Part shown: in pieces, positions 37,549 to 47,199 of the stretch
Layout of the letters: each line of letters starts with the position of its first letter
Numbering within the stretch: position 1 is the first letter of the stretch
NCBI GenBank assembly: GCA_963776245.1
Contig: CAVZLN010000003.1
Coordinates: forward strand, 1,024,001-1,088,000
Direction: 5' to 3'
Length of the DNA stretch: 64,000 nucleotides
DNA from: Candidatus Eiseniibacteriota bacterium
GTDB lineage: Bacteria; Eisenbacteria; RBG-16-71-46
Position numbers and translations under genes: made by a program
Notes under the pieces: model-generated
What the model was told of the DNA's origin: nothing
Databases searched by the model: none
Seen by the model: only the letters and a program-made list of their open reading frames with translations

Positions 37549-39867
37549 ATGCCGAAGACCCTCGCGCGGAAGCGCTCCCGCGGCACCCCGGTCGTCCACC
37601 GCACCACCTCGGTCGGTGTGGACGTCCCGCGCGTCGAGGGCGCCGACAAACTCACCGGCCGCGCCCTTTACCTCGACGACCTGACCGTCCCCGGCGTGCT
37701 CCACGGCCGCACCGTGCGCACCACCATCGCGCGCGGGAGTATCCGCTCGATCACGCTCGATCCCGCGTTCGACTGGTCGAAGGTCGTGGTGGTGGACCAC
37801 CGCGACATCCCGGGGCCCAACGCGATCGCGCACATCGTCGCCGACCAGCCATGCCTGGTGTCCGGGGTGGTGAGCCATGCGGAGGAGCCGGTCATGCTGG
37901 TGGCGGCCGAGACGGCCGAACTGGCGGAGGCCGCGGCGCGCGCGGTGCGCATCGAATACGACGCGCTCGAGCCGGTGCTCTCCGTGGAGGACTCGCTGGC
38001 GTGCCGCGCGGTGATCCACGGCGCGAACAACGTGCTCAAGGAGGTCACCATCGCGCGCGGCGACCTGGAGCGCGGGTTCGCCGAGGCGGACACGGTGGTC
38101 GAGGGGGTGTACCGCACCGGCCACCAGGAGCACGTCTACATCGAGAACAACGGCATGGTCGCCGAGCGCACCGCCGACGGGGGCCTCGTGGTGCGCGGCT
38201 CGCTCCAGTGCCCGTACTACGTGCACCACTCGCTCATGCACCTGTTCGGCCTGCCGGCCGAGAAGGTGCGCGTGATCCAGACCGTGACCGGCGGCGGCTT
38301 CGGCGGCAAGGAGGACTACCCGTCGATGATCGCCGCCCACGCGGCGCTGCTGGCATGGAAGAGCGGCCGGCCGGTGAAGATCGTGTACGACCGTGCCGAG
38401 GACATCGCCGCCACCACCAAGCGCCATCCCTCGCAGGTGCGCATCCGCACCGGCGTGAAGCGCGACGGCACGCTCACGGCGTTCGAGGCCGAGGTGCTCA
38501 TGGACGGCGGCGCGTTCGTGACGCTCTCGCCGGTGGTGCTCTCGCGCGGCGCCCTGCACGCGATGGGGCCGTACCGCTGCGAGAACGCGCGCGTGCATGC
38601 CCGCGCCATGGCCACCAACACGCCGCCCAATGGCGCGTTCCGCGGGTTCGGCGCGCCGCAGACGCTGTTCGCGGCCGAGTGCCACATGGACCGCATCGCC
38701 GCGGCGCTGGGCATGGACCCGGTGGCGCTGCGCCGCCGCAACGCGCTGCGCGTGGGCGACGTGACGCACACCGGCCAGACGCTCACCGTCAGCGTCGCGG
38801 CCCACGAGGTGCTGGAGGCCGCGGTGAAGCGCGTCGGCTGGAGCGCGGCGCGACGCCGCATCGAGCGCTCGAACGCCGCGGCCGACGCGGCCGAGCGCCG
38901 CGGCCGCGTGGCCCCGGGCGCGGGGCGGAAACGCCGCGGGCTGGGGCTCTCGCTGGTGCACCACGGCGCCGGGTTCACCGGCAGCGGCGAGGTGTTCCTG
39001 AACTCGCTGGCGGCGATGGACCTGCTGCCCGACGGGCGGCCGCGCGTGCTGGTGGCCAACACCGAGATCGGCCAGGGGGCGACCACGATCTTCAGCCAGA
39101 TCGCGGGCGAGGCGCTGGGCGTGCCGTCGTCGCTGGTGGTGATCGAGAACCCCGACACGGCGCATGTGCCGAACAGCGGCCCGACGGTGGCCTCGCGCAC
39201 CACCATGGTGGTGGGCGGGCTGGTGCAGCAGTGCGCCGAGGAGCTGCGCCGCCGCCTCGAGCTGTTCGCCGAGCGCGCGCTCGACGAGGGCGCCGACTTC
39301 CTGCGCGTGGCGAGGCGCTTCGTGCGGGAGCGCGGCGGGCTGCGGGTCGAGCGCCGCTACCAGCCGCCGCCGGGCATCTCGTGGGACGATCGGCACTATC
39401 GCGGCGACGCGTACGGCTGCTTCGGGTACGAGAGCTGCGTGGTCGAGGTCGAGGTGGACCTCGACACCGGCGAGATCCGCGTGGTGGACGCCTGGATCGC
39501 CATCGACATCGGCACCGTCATCCATCCGCGGCTGGCGGCCGGCCAGGTGGAGGGCGGCACGCTGCAGGCGCTGGGCTGGGCGCTGCTCGAGGAGGTGCGC
39601 TGGACGGACGGGCGCATCGGGAACGCGTCGCTCACCAACTACATCATCCCGACCGCCGCCGACGCGCCTCCGATCCACGTCGAGTTCGTGCCGGCGCCGT
39701 ACGCGCACGGCGCGTTCGGCGCCAAGGGGGTGGGCGAGCTGCCGATGGACGCGCCGGCGCCGGCGGTGATCGAGGCGATCGCGCACGCCACCGGCGCGCG
39801 CCTCGACCGGATCCCGGCGAGCCCCGAGCGCGTGCTACGGGCGATCGCGGAGGGCCGCGCACGATGA
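37549..39867 (+). CDS. Xanthine dehydrogenase family molybdopterin-binding subunit (CoxL/XdhB-like)
   Basis: GGGFGGK, AFRGFGAPQ, EIGQG, GQVEGG, GAKGVGE. Confidence 0.92.
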   Translation: MPKTLARKRSRGTPVVHRTTSVGVDVPRVEGADKLTGRALYLDDLTVPGVLHGRTVRTTIARGSIRSITLDPAFDWSKVVVVDHRDIPGPNAIAHIVADQPCLVSGVVSHAEEPVMLVAAETAELAEAAARAVRIEYDALEPVLSVEDSLACRAVIHGANNVLKEVTIARGDLERGFAEADTVVEGVYRTGHQEHVYIENNGMVAERTADGGLVVRGSLQCPYYVHHSLMHLFGLPAEKVRVIQTVTGGGFGGKEDYPSMIAAHAALLAWKSGRPVKIVYDRAEDIAATTKRHPSQVRIRTGVKRDGTLTAFEAEVLMDGGAFVTLSPVVLSRGALHAMGPYRCENARVHARAMATNTPPNGAFRGFGAPQTLFAAECHMDRIAAALGMDPVALRRRNALRVGDVTHTGQTLTVSVAAHEVLEAAVKRVGWSAARRRIERSNAAADAAERRGRVAPGAGRKRRGLGLSLVHHGAGFTGSGEVFLNSLAAMDLLPDGRPRVLVANTEIGQGATTIFSQIAGEALGVPSSLVVIENPDTAHVPNSGPTVASRTTMVVGGLVQQCAEELRRRLELFAERALDEGADFLRVARRFVRERGGLRVERRYQPPPGISWDDRHYRGDAYGCFGYESCVVEVEVDLDTGEIRVVDAWIAIDIGTVIHPRLAAGQVEGGTLQALGWALLEEVRWTDGRIGNASLTNYIIPTAADAPPIHVEFVPAPYAHGAFGAKGVGELPMDAPAPAVIEAIAHATGARLDRIPASPERVLRAIAEGRAR

Positions 39868-40466
39868 ACCCGCGCATCCCGCTGACGTTCACGGTGAACG
39901 GCGCCAAACGCCGGGTGAGCGCGCCGCCGATGAAGCGCCTGCTCGACGTGCTGCGCGAGGAGTGCGGGCTCACCGGCACCAAGGAAGGATGCGGCGAGGG
40001 CGAGTGCGGCGCGTGCACGGTGCTGCTCGACGGCCGCGCGGTGAACGCGTGCCTGGTGCCCGCGGTGCAGGCCGACGGCGCCCGCATCCTGACGGTCGAG
40101 GGCCTGGCGAAGGGCCCGCGCCTGTCGGTGCTGCAGCAGGCGTTCCTCGACTTCGGCGGCGCCCAGTGCGGCATCTGCACCCCCGGCATGCTGATCACCT
40201 CGGTGGAGCTGCTCGACCGCGCGAAGGGGCGCGTGCCCTCCGAGGACGAGGTGCGCGAGGCGCTCTCCGGGAACCTGTGCCGCTGCACCGGCTACCAGAA
40301 GATCGTGGACGCGGTGCGCGCCGCGGCCAAAGTGGGACGGAAGCCCGCCCCGAAGAAGGCGAGCGCCGCCCGAAAGAGCGCGAAGCGGAAGCGACCGGCG
40401 AAACAGCCGACCGTGACGAAGCGCGCCATCGGGAAGCGCGGGACGACCAGGAGGGCCAGCCGATGA
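39864..40466 (+). CDS. 2Fe-2S subunit (CoxS/XdhC-like) with Lys/Arg-rich tail
   Basis: GCGEGECGACTV, QCGICTPG, GNLCRCTGY. Confidence 0.92.
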   Translation: MNPRIPLTFTVNGAKRRVSAPPMKRLLDVLREECGLTGTKEGCGEGECGACTVLLDGRAVNACLVPAVQADGARILTVEGLAKGPRLSVLQQAFLDFGGAQCGICTPGMLITSVELLDRAKGRVPSEDEVREALSGNLCRCTGYQKIVDAVRAAAKVGRKPAPKKASAARKSAKRKRPAKQPTVTKRAIGKRGTTRRASR

Positions 40467-41350
40467 AGAGCGCGCTCTCCACGCTCGACGTCGTCCGCCC
40501 GCGCGGGCTCGACCACGCGCTGCGCGTCCTTCACGACGAGGGCGGCCGCCTGCGCTGCGTCCCGATCGCCGGGGGCACGGATATCTACGTGGCGCTCAAT
40601 GCCGGGCAGCCGGCGGGCGAGTGCTTCCTCGACCTGTGGGGGCTGCGCGAGCTGCGCGGCGTGCGCGTCCTGAAGGACCGTATCGAGTTCGGCGCGCTCA
40701 CCACCTGGAGCGAGGTGCGCGGACACGCCGCGGTGCGGAGACGGCTGCCCGCGCTCGCGGCGGCCGCCTCCGAGATCGGCGCGTGGCAGATCCAGAACCG
40801 CGGCACGGTCGGGGGCAATATCGCCAACGCGTCGCCCGCGGGGGACTCGCTGCCGGTGCTGCTGTCGTACGACGCGGTGGTGCACCTGCGCTCGGTGCGC
40901 GGCGCGCGCGCGCTGCCGATCGCGGAGCTGTTCCGCGGCTATCGCGCGCTGGCGCTCGAGTCGGACGAGCTGATCGCGGCGGTGAGCGTACCGTTCCCGG
41001 CGCCGCGGGTGTTCCCGTTCTTCCGCAAGGTCGGCACGCGCCGCGCCCAGAGCATCTCGAAGGTGGTGTTCTGCGGGATGCTGCGGGTGACACCCGGCGG
41101 CCGGATCGACCACGTGCGCGTGGCGCTCGGCAGCGTGGCGCCGGTGCCGCTGCGCGCGCGCGCGACCGAGGCGCTGTTGATCGGCGCGGCGCCCGCGCGC
41201 GAGCTGTCGCTGCGCGCGCGCGCCACCCTCGGGCGCGACATCGCCCCGATCGACGACGTGCGCTCGGACCGCGAGTACCGCCTGACCGTGGCGGGCAATG
41301 TGCTCGAGCAGTTCCTGCGCGCCGCGGACGCGCGGTTCGCCGGTCGGTGA
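40463..41350 (+). CDS. FAD-binding subunit (CoxM-like)
   Basis: IAGGTD, QIQNRGTVGGNIANASPAGD, PIDDVRS..EYR. Confidence 0.9.
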   Translation: MKSALSTLDVVRPRGLDHALRVLHDEGGRLRCVPIAGGTDIYVALNAGQPAGECFLDLWGLRELRGVRVLKDRIEFGALTTWSEVRGHAAVRRRLPALAAAASEIGAWQIQNRGTVGGNIANASPAGDSLPVLLSYDAVVHLRSVRGARALPIAELFRGYRALALESDELIAAVSVPFPAPRVFPFFRKVGTRRAQSISKVVFCGMLRVTPGGRIDHVRVALGSVAPVPLRARATEALLIGAAPARELSLRARATLGRDIAPIDDVRSDREYRLTVAGNVLEQFLRAADARFAGR

Positions 41351-41387
41351 CCATGCCGCGCCCATCGCTGGCCCCGCGGGTGGCGGC

Positions 41388-41552
41388 ATGATCCGCTGGA
41401 TGATGGTGCTGCTGGGGAGCAGCGTCGGGGGCGCGATCGGCTGGTGGCTCGGCGCGTTCGCGGGGCAGATGACCGCGTTCTTCGTGAGCCTGGTGGGCAC
41501 CGCGGCGGGGGTGTACTTCGCGAACCGCCTCGCCCGCCACTATCTCCCCTGA
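41388..41552 (+). CDS. Small two-helix membrane protein
   Basis: 54 aa, GSSVGGAIGWWLG...SLVGTAAGVY glycine-zipper pattern. Confidence 0.6.
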   Translation: MIRWMMVLLGSSVGGAIGWWLGAFAGQMTAFFVSLVGTAAGVYFANRLARHYLP

Positions 41553-41642
41553 GACCCCGCCCCGGCGCCCCGCTCCGGCGCCCCCAAGCCACCGCCGCGC
41601 ACCGCTTTCGCCACCGTTGCCGGCGGCGCCGCGAGGAACCGT

Positions 41643-41669
41643 TCAGAACCCCGGGCCCCGCGCCGATAA
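41643..41669 (+). promoter_or_regulatory. Candidate sigma28 (FliA/WhiG-type) promoter
   Basis: TCAG-N15-GCCGATAA, with a perfect -10 consensus and correct spacing. Confidence 0.55.
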
Positions 41670-41777
41670 CCCGCTCAGCCATATCCGGTTGGTGTCGCTC
41701 CGGACGCCCCCGCTGATGAACCTCTTCAGCGGGCGGTGACCGGTCCCATCGTCCGCCTCCTGAGCGGGAGAACGAAC

Positions 41778-42245
41778 GTGTCCGAGAACACGCATCCGAC
41801 CATCTCCGATATCACCCTGGCGCTGGCGCGTCTCGCCGACCGAGTGGCGGAATCGAACGCCCTGGGACTGGAGCCCTACGTGCGCTACACCCTGCGCCGG
41901 GCGCTCCAGGAGCTCGAGCTGCACATCCCCGGGCTCGACGCGCCTCCGGATCCCGAATCGGCCCAGCGCTACGCGATCGCGGCCGAGGCGGCGCTCACGC
42001 GCGGGCAGGACCGCGAGGCGCTGGCGCGCGCGCTGCGCGGCCTGGCGTGCTCGCCGCACCATCCCCACCTGTTCTTCCTCGCCGGTTCGGCCTGCTTCGA
42101 GCTGGGCGCGGTGGAGGACGCGCTGCGCCTGCTCTATCACACGCTGTGGATCCACCCGGGACACGCCCGTGCCCGGCAGGACCTCGAGTCCATCACGGGA
42201 TTCCTCGAGGAGACCGAGGAGGGAGAAGGAGACCGCGCCGCTTGA
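41778..42245 (+). CDS. Small TPR-containing protein
   Basis: LFFLAGSACFELGAVEDALRLLYHTLWIHPGHARARQDL is TPR-like. Its stop overlaps the TTG start of the next gene. Confidence 0.7.
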   Translation: MSENTHPTISDITLALARLADRVAESNALGLEPYVRYTLRRALQELELHIPGLDAPPDPESAQRYAIAAEAALTRGQDREALARALRGLACSPHHPHLFFLAGSACFELGAVEDALRLLYHTLWIHPGHARARQDLESITGFLEETEEGEGDRAA

Positions 42246-43459
42246 GGATCCTGCTGCTCGCAGACGGATTCGAGGCGTCGTCGCTCGGCGAGCCGGCGCT
42301 CTGGCTGCACGATCTGGCCGCACGCTGGGTCGCGCGGGGCGACAGCGTGCACGCGATCTGCGTGCAGCCGGTCGAGTCCTGGCAGGAGCCCGAGGACCCG
42401 CCCGGCATCACCGTGTGGCGGCCGGAGCGCGACCTGTTCGAGGCGAGCCTGGGTGAGGCGCTGGCGCTCGAGCCCGAGGTCGTGCACCTCGCCTCGCCCG
42501 GCCCGTACGGCCCGCGCGTGGTGGAGATCCTGCGCGAATTGCCGGTGTTGCTCGACGTGCACGACGACTGGCCGATCTGTCCCAATCACGACCTGCTGCG
42601 GCGGCCCAGCCTCGACCCGTGCGGGGAGCACTATCCGTTCGCCGGCTGCGGCCCGTGCGCCGGGCTCTCGCGGCTGCGGGCGATGGAGGAGAAGGTCGAG
42701 CTCTCGGCGACCGCCCGCATCGTGGTGGCGCACTCGGCGTACAACCGGGTGCGACTCAGCACCGGGCTCGGACGGCCGGTCGAGCTGGTCCCCTACGGCG
42801 TCGATCCGACGCGCTTCCGCGCGCAGCCGGAACCGCCCCGGGCGCCCGACGTGCGCGCGATGTTCGACGACCGCGACCGTCCGCGCGTGCTGTTCCTGGG
42901 CCCGCCCTCGCACGGACGCGGCGCGGACAAGCTGCTCGACATCATCGTGGCGGTGAGCGCGCGCATCCCCGACATCGAGTTCGTGGTCGCCGGCCGCGAT
43001 CCCCTGAATCCCGACTGGGACCAGGTGTTCCACGCCGAGGCCCTGGAGCTCGGGCTGCGCGAGCACGTGCGCGTGCTGCCGCGCGTCGCGTACGCCGATC
43101 TGCCGGGGCTCTACGCGGCGTGCCGGCTCGCCATCGCGCCGCTGGTGCAGCAGGAGCCGGGCGGCCTGTTCCTGCTGCAGGCGATGGCGGCGGAGTTGCC
43201 CATCATCGCCAGCCCGCTCGGCGCCGTGCAGGACCTCGTGCGCCAGGGCGAGGAGGGCCTGCTGGTGCCGCCGCGCGAGCTGTCGGCGTTCGCCAACGGC
43301 ATCTGCACCATGCTGCTCGACCCGATGGCGCGGATGGCGTTCAGCGAGAGCGGCCGGCTGCGGGTGGTCGAGCAGCACGACATCGAGCGCAGCGCCCACG
43401 CGCTCGACCTGCTGTACGAGCGCATGCGCCCGCGCCCGGCGCAACGCGCCGTCGCCTGA
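42242..43459 (+). CDS. Glycosyltransferase family 4
   Basis: RILLL, PEVVHL, HDDWPICP, PYGVD..RF, EPGGLFLLQAMAAELPIIAS, EEGLLVPP. Confidence 0.88.
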   Translation: MRILLLADGFEASSLGEPALWLHDLAARWVARGDSVHAICVQPVESWQEPEDPPGITVWRPERDLFEASLGEALALEPEVVHLASPGPYGPRVVEILRELPVLLDVHDDWPICPNHDLLRRPSLDPCGEHYPFAGCGPCAGLSRLRAMEEKVELSATARIVVAHSAYNRVRLSTGLGRPVELVPYGVDPTRFRAQPEPPRAPDVRAMFDDRDRPRVLFLGPPSHGRGADKLLDIIVAVSARIPDIEFVVAGRDPLNPDWDQVFHAEALELGLREHVRVLPRVAYADLPGLYAACRLAIAPLVQQEPGGLFLLQAMAAELPIIASPLGAVQDLVRQGEEGLLVPPRELSAFANGICTMLLDPMARMAFSESGRLRVVEQHDIERSAHALDLLYERMRPRPAQRAVA

Positions 43460-43568
43460 CCGACGCGGCGGCACGCGCGCGGCTGGCAGGCCCCTGGGGG
43501 TTGTGGGAGACTGCTCCCGAGGCCGACCCGCCGCATCCCCTTCGGCCTCGTTCGCCGGGAGGTCGTCC

Positions 43569-45761
43569 ATGAACCGATCCGCCATCGCGTCCACGCCCGC
43601 CCCCGCGGTGGCGAAGCCGGACGCCTCGACTCTGGAGACGCTGTTCCGCCCCCGTTCCATCGCGGTCATCGGCGCCTCGCGCGATGCCACGACCGTGAGC
43701 GGCGCGGTGTTCAAGAACCTGCTCACGCACGGCTTCGACGGCCCGGTGTATCCCGTCAACCCGAAGTCGCCGGTGGTGCAATCGGTGGCCGCGTACCCGA
43801 GCATCACCGCGATCCCCGGCGAGGTGGACCTCGCGGTCATCGTGGTGCCGAGCCGGATGGTGGTCGCGGCCGCCGAGGAGTGCGGGAAGAAGGGCGTGAA
43901 GGTGGTGGTGGTGATCACCGCCGGCTTCCGCGAGGTGGGCGAGGAGGGCTCCCGGCTCGAGGGCCAGCTGCTCGAGATCGTGCGCCGCTACGGCATGCGC
44001 ATGGTGGGCCCGAACTGCCTGGGCGTGATCAACACCGAGGCCGGCGTGCGCATGAATGCGCAGTTCGCGCCCGCCAGCCCGCCCGCCGGCACGGTGGCGG
44101 TGTCCTCCCAGAGCGGGGCGCTGGGCCTCGCCATCCTCCAGTACGCCTCCGAGCTCAACATCGGGGTGTCGCACTTCGTCAGCATCGGCAACAAGGCCGA
44201 CGTGTCGGGCAACGATCTGCTCGAGTTCTGGGAGAAGGACCCCGGCACCCGGCTGATCCTGCTCTACCTCGAGTCGTTCGGGAACCCACGCAAGTTCATC
44301 GAGATCGCCCGCCGCGTGGCGCGCACCAAGCCCATCATCGCGGTCAAGAGCGGGCGCACTCGCGCGGGGATGCGCGCCGCGTCGTCCCACACCGGCTCGA
44401 TCGCGGGCACCGAGAGCGCGGTGGAGGCGCTGTGCCAGCAGTCGGGCGTGATCCGCACCGACACCATGGAGGAGCTGTTCGACGTCGCGATGGTGCTCGC
44501 CAACCAGCCGGTGCCGCGCGGTCCGCGGGTCGGCATCGTCACCAACGCGGGCGGCCCCGGCATCATGGCCACCGACGCGTGCGAGAGCCACGGACTCGAG
44601 GTGCCGATCCTGTCGGACGACACCATCGCCGGCCTGCGCGCCTGGCTGCCGCCCGAGGCGTCGGTGAAGAACCCGGTGGACATGATCGCCTCGGCGACCC
44701 CCGCGCTGTTCGAGCGGGCGGTGGCCGCGGTGCTCGCCGACCCGAAGATCGACTCGCTGCTGGTGCTCTACGTGCCGCCCATCGTCACCAACGCGGCCGA
44801 GGTGGCCGAGAGCATCGTCCGGGGGGTCGCCGAGGCGACGCGCCTCGCCGACCTCGAGGGGCGTCCGCACAAGCCGGTGCTGTCGTGCTTCCTCGGCACG
44901 CACGGGCTGCAGGAGAGCATGGCCACGCTGCACGAGGGACGCATCCCGTCGTACGTGTTCCCCGAGTCGGCGGCGATCGCGCTGTCGCGGGCGGTGCACT
45001 ACGGCGTCTGGCGGCGCGAGCCGCCGGGGACCCCACGGGTCTTCGGCGTGGACCGCGCGCGGGCGGCGCGCGCGATCGACCGCGCGGCGGCGCGGGGCCC
45101 CCAGGCGTGGCTCGAGGGCGAGGAGATCGCCGAGGTGCTGGCGGCCTACGGGATCCCGCAGCCGGCCGCGCGGCTCGCCCGCACCGAGGACGAGGCCGTC
45201 GCCGCGGCGCGGGCGCTCGGCTACCCGGTGGTGCTCAAGCTGTGGTCGCGCACGCTGACGCACAAGTCCGACGTCGGGGGCGTGGCGCTCGACCTGCGCG
45301 ATGCCGACGAGGTCCGCGAGGCGTGGCGTGGCATGCGGGACCGGCTCGGCGCGCTCGGGAAGCTCGACCAGATGGACGGGGCCACGCTCCAGCCGCTCCT
45401 CCGCGAGGGGCTCGAGACCATCATCGGCATGGCGCGCGACCCCGGCTTCGGCCCGCTGGTCATGTTCGGTCTCGGCGGCATCCACGTGGAGATGCTCAAG
45501 GACGTGGCGTTCCGCGTGGCGCCGCTCACCGACCGGGACGCGCGCGAGATGATGCGCGAGGTGCGCGCGTATCCGCTGCTCGAGGGCTACCGAGGCTCGC
45601 CGCCGGCCGACATCGCGGCGCTCCAGGAGGCGCTGGAGCGCATCTCGCAGCTCGCCGAGGAGCACCCGCGGATCGCGGAACTGGACCTCAACCCGGTGCG
45701 CGCGCTGCGACCCGGCAACGGCGTGGTGGCGATCGACGCCCGCATCCGCCTCGGGGACTGA
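43569..45761 (+). CDS. Acetate/acyl-CoA ligase (ADP-forming), fused alpha-beta
   Basis: LFRPRSIAVIGAS, GPNCLG, SQSGA, SIGNKAD, SSHTG (phospho-His), NPVD, HKSDVGGV, ELDLNP. Confidence 0.92.
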   Translation: MNRSAIASTPAPAVAKPDASTLETLFRPRSIAVIGASRDATTVSGAVFKNLLTHGFDGPVYPVNPKSPVVQSVAAYPSITAIPGEVDLAVIVVPSRMVVAAAEECGKKGVKVVVVITAGFREVGEEGSRLEGQLLEIVRRYGMRMVGPNCLGVINTEAGVRMNAQFAPASPPAGTVAVSSQSGALGLAILQYASELNIGVSHFVSIGNKADVSGNDLLEFWEKDPGTRLILLYLESFGNPRKFIEIARRVARTKPIIAVKSGRTRAGMRAASSHTGSIAGTESAVEALCQQSGVIRTDTMEELFDVAMVLANQPVPRGPRVGIVTNAGGPGIMATDACESHGLEVPILSDDTIAGLRAWLPPEASVKNPVDMIASATPALFERAVAAVLADPKIDSLLVLYVPPIVTNAAEVAESIVRGVAEATRLADLEGRPHKPVLSCFLGTHGLQESMATLHEGRIPSYVFPESAAIALSRAVHYGVWRREPPGTPRVFGVDRARAARAIDRAAARGPQAWLEGEEIAEVLAAYGIPQPAARLARTEDEAVAAARALGYPVVLKLWSRTLTHKSDVGGVALDLRDADEVREAWRGMRDRLGALGKLDQMDGATLQPLLREGLETIIGMARDPGFGPLVMFGLGGIHVEMLKDVAFRVAPLTDRDAREMMREVRAYPLLEGYRGSPPADIAALQEALERISQLAEEHPRIAELDLNPVRALRPGNGVVAIDARIRLGD

Positions 45762-45765
45762 GCCG

Positions 45766-46608
45766 GTGGGGTGGGCGCCGCGTCACATCCCGGTCGGGCG
45801 CCTCGCCGCCGCCGCCGCCGTGGTGGTCGGGATCGCGGCGGTGGTGCGCCCGCCGGGGCACCCGGCGTGGCGGACGGCCGGCCCGGGGCTGGAGTTCGCG
45901 CTGCTCGACGGCGGCCACTGGTGCCGCGCCGGCTCGGCGAACGTCGCGGTGCTCCGCCTCGACCCCGCGCGGGTGGACCTGCACGTGCGGCACTGCTCGC
46001 AGCGCAAGGACGGGCTGCCGCTCGGCGTCGTGGGCTGGCAGCGCGAGAGCGGCGCGACCGTGGTGTTCAATGCCGGGCAGTTCTACCCCGACCTCACGTA
46101 CATGGGACTGCTGGTGAGCGGCGGACGCACGATCTCCTCGCGTCCCCACCCGACGTTCCGCGCCGCGCTGGTCGCCAGCCGCATCCCGGGCGGCGGCGGC
46201 GCGAAGGTGCTCGATCTGGAGCGGCACCCGCTCGACACGCGGGCGCCGGGATGGCGGGAGGTGGCGCAGTCGTTCATGCTCATCGACGAGGCCGGCGCGG
46301 TGCGCGTGCGCCGCAGCGACCGCGTCGCCAATCGCACCGCGGTCGCCGAGGACCAGCGGGGCCGCCTGGTGGTGATCGTGAGCGAGGGCGGGTACACGCT
46401 CTACGACTTCGCCGAGATGCTCAAGCGCCTGCCGCTCGACGTCACCCACGCCATGAGCATGGACGGCGGCAGCGAGGCGCAGCTGGTGGTCCGCGGGCCC
46501 GGCCTGCGCTACGCGTCGTTCGGGCGCTGGGAGCGCGACGGTGACGAGGCCGGGATCCCGGCCGCCGCCACGCCGCTCCCGGCGGTCATCGAGGTGCGCA
46601 CGCGATGA
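45766..46608 (+). CDS. Phosphodiester glycosidase (NAGPA-like) family protein
   Basis: FNAGQF, NRTAVA.D..GRL, AMSMDGGS. Confidence 0.75.
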   Translation: MGWAPRHIPVGRLAAAAAVVVGIAAVVRPPGHPAWRTAGPGLEFALLDGGHWCRAGSANVAVLRLDPARVDLHVRHCSQRKDGLPLGVVGWQRESGATVVFNAGQFYPDLTYMGLLVSGGRTISSRPHPTFRAALVASRIPGGGGAKVLDLERHPLDTRAPGWREVAQSFMLIDEAGAVRVRRSDRVANRTAVAEDQRGRLVVIVSEGGYTLYDFAEMLKRLPLDVTHAMSMDGGSEAQLVVRGPGLRYASFGRWERDGDEAGIPAAATPLPAVIEVRTR

Positions 46609-47198
46609 GCGCGTTCCCCTGCGCGCGCTGCGGGCGGCCGGTGAGCCGCGACCGCTCCCGGACCCCGCCGCACATCGCCTGCGCGCGCTGCCGCTACCTG
46701 CTGTTCGACTATCCGCGCGCCTGCGTCGGCACGCTGGTGGTGAAGGAGCGCGAGCTGCTGGTGCTGGTGCGCGACCACCGTCCGCGGCGCGGCTTCCTCG
46801 ACCTGCCGGGCGGGTTCCTCGAGGCCGGCGAGGACCTCGAGGCCGCGGCGCGCCGCGAGCTGCGCGAGGAGACCGGGCTCACGGTGGGCGCGCTGCGTCC
46901 GTTCGGGCTCTACTGGGACGAGTACCCGCTCGACGGCTTCGGCCGCTTCCCGACGCTCAATCTCTACTGGCTCGCGCGCTGGCGCCGGGGCGAGCCGCGG
47001 GCCGCCGACGATGCCGCCGCGGCGCGCTGGCTCTCGCTCGCCGCGACCCGGCGCGCGCGGGCGCGCTTCGCGTGGCCGCACATGCGCGCCGTGGTGCGCG
47101 ATCTCGAGGCGGCGTTCGCGGGGCGGCGGGGCGCCGCCGCCGCGGGGTCGTGGCGCGGCTTCGCGCGGCCGCCCGGGCGCGTTCGGGGCGGGCGGTAG
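46605..47198 (+). CDS. NUDIX hydrolase with N-terminal zinc ribbon
   Basis: CARC..CARC and Nudix box GGFLEAGEDLEAAARRELREETG. Confidence 0.9.
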   Translation: MSAFPCARCGRPVSRDRSRTPPHIACARCRYLLFDYPRACVGTLVVKERELLVLVRDHRPRRGFLDLPGGFLEAGEDLEAAARRELREETGLTVGALRPFGLYWDEYPLDGFGRFPTLNLYWLARWRRGEPRAADDAAAARWLSLAATRRARARFAWPHMRAVVRDLEAAFAGRRGAAAAGSWRGFARPPGRVRGGR

Positions 47199-47199
47199 G

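Noticed and set aside
37549..41350. Aerobic CO dehydrogenase (coxLSM)
   Set aside because: The active-site loop is AFRGFG, not the form I AYxCSFR motif, so this is a generic xanthine dehydrogenase-family enzyme with unknown substrate.
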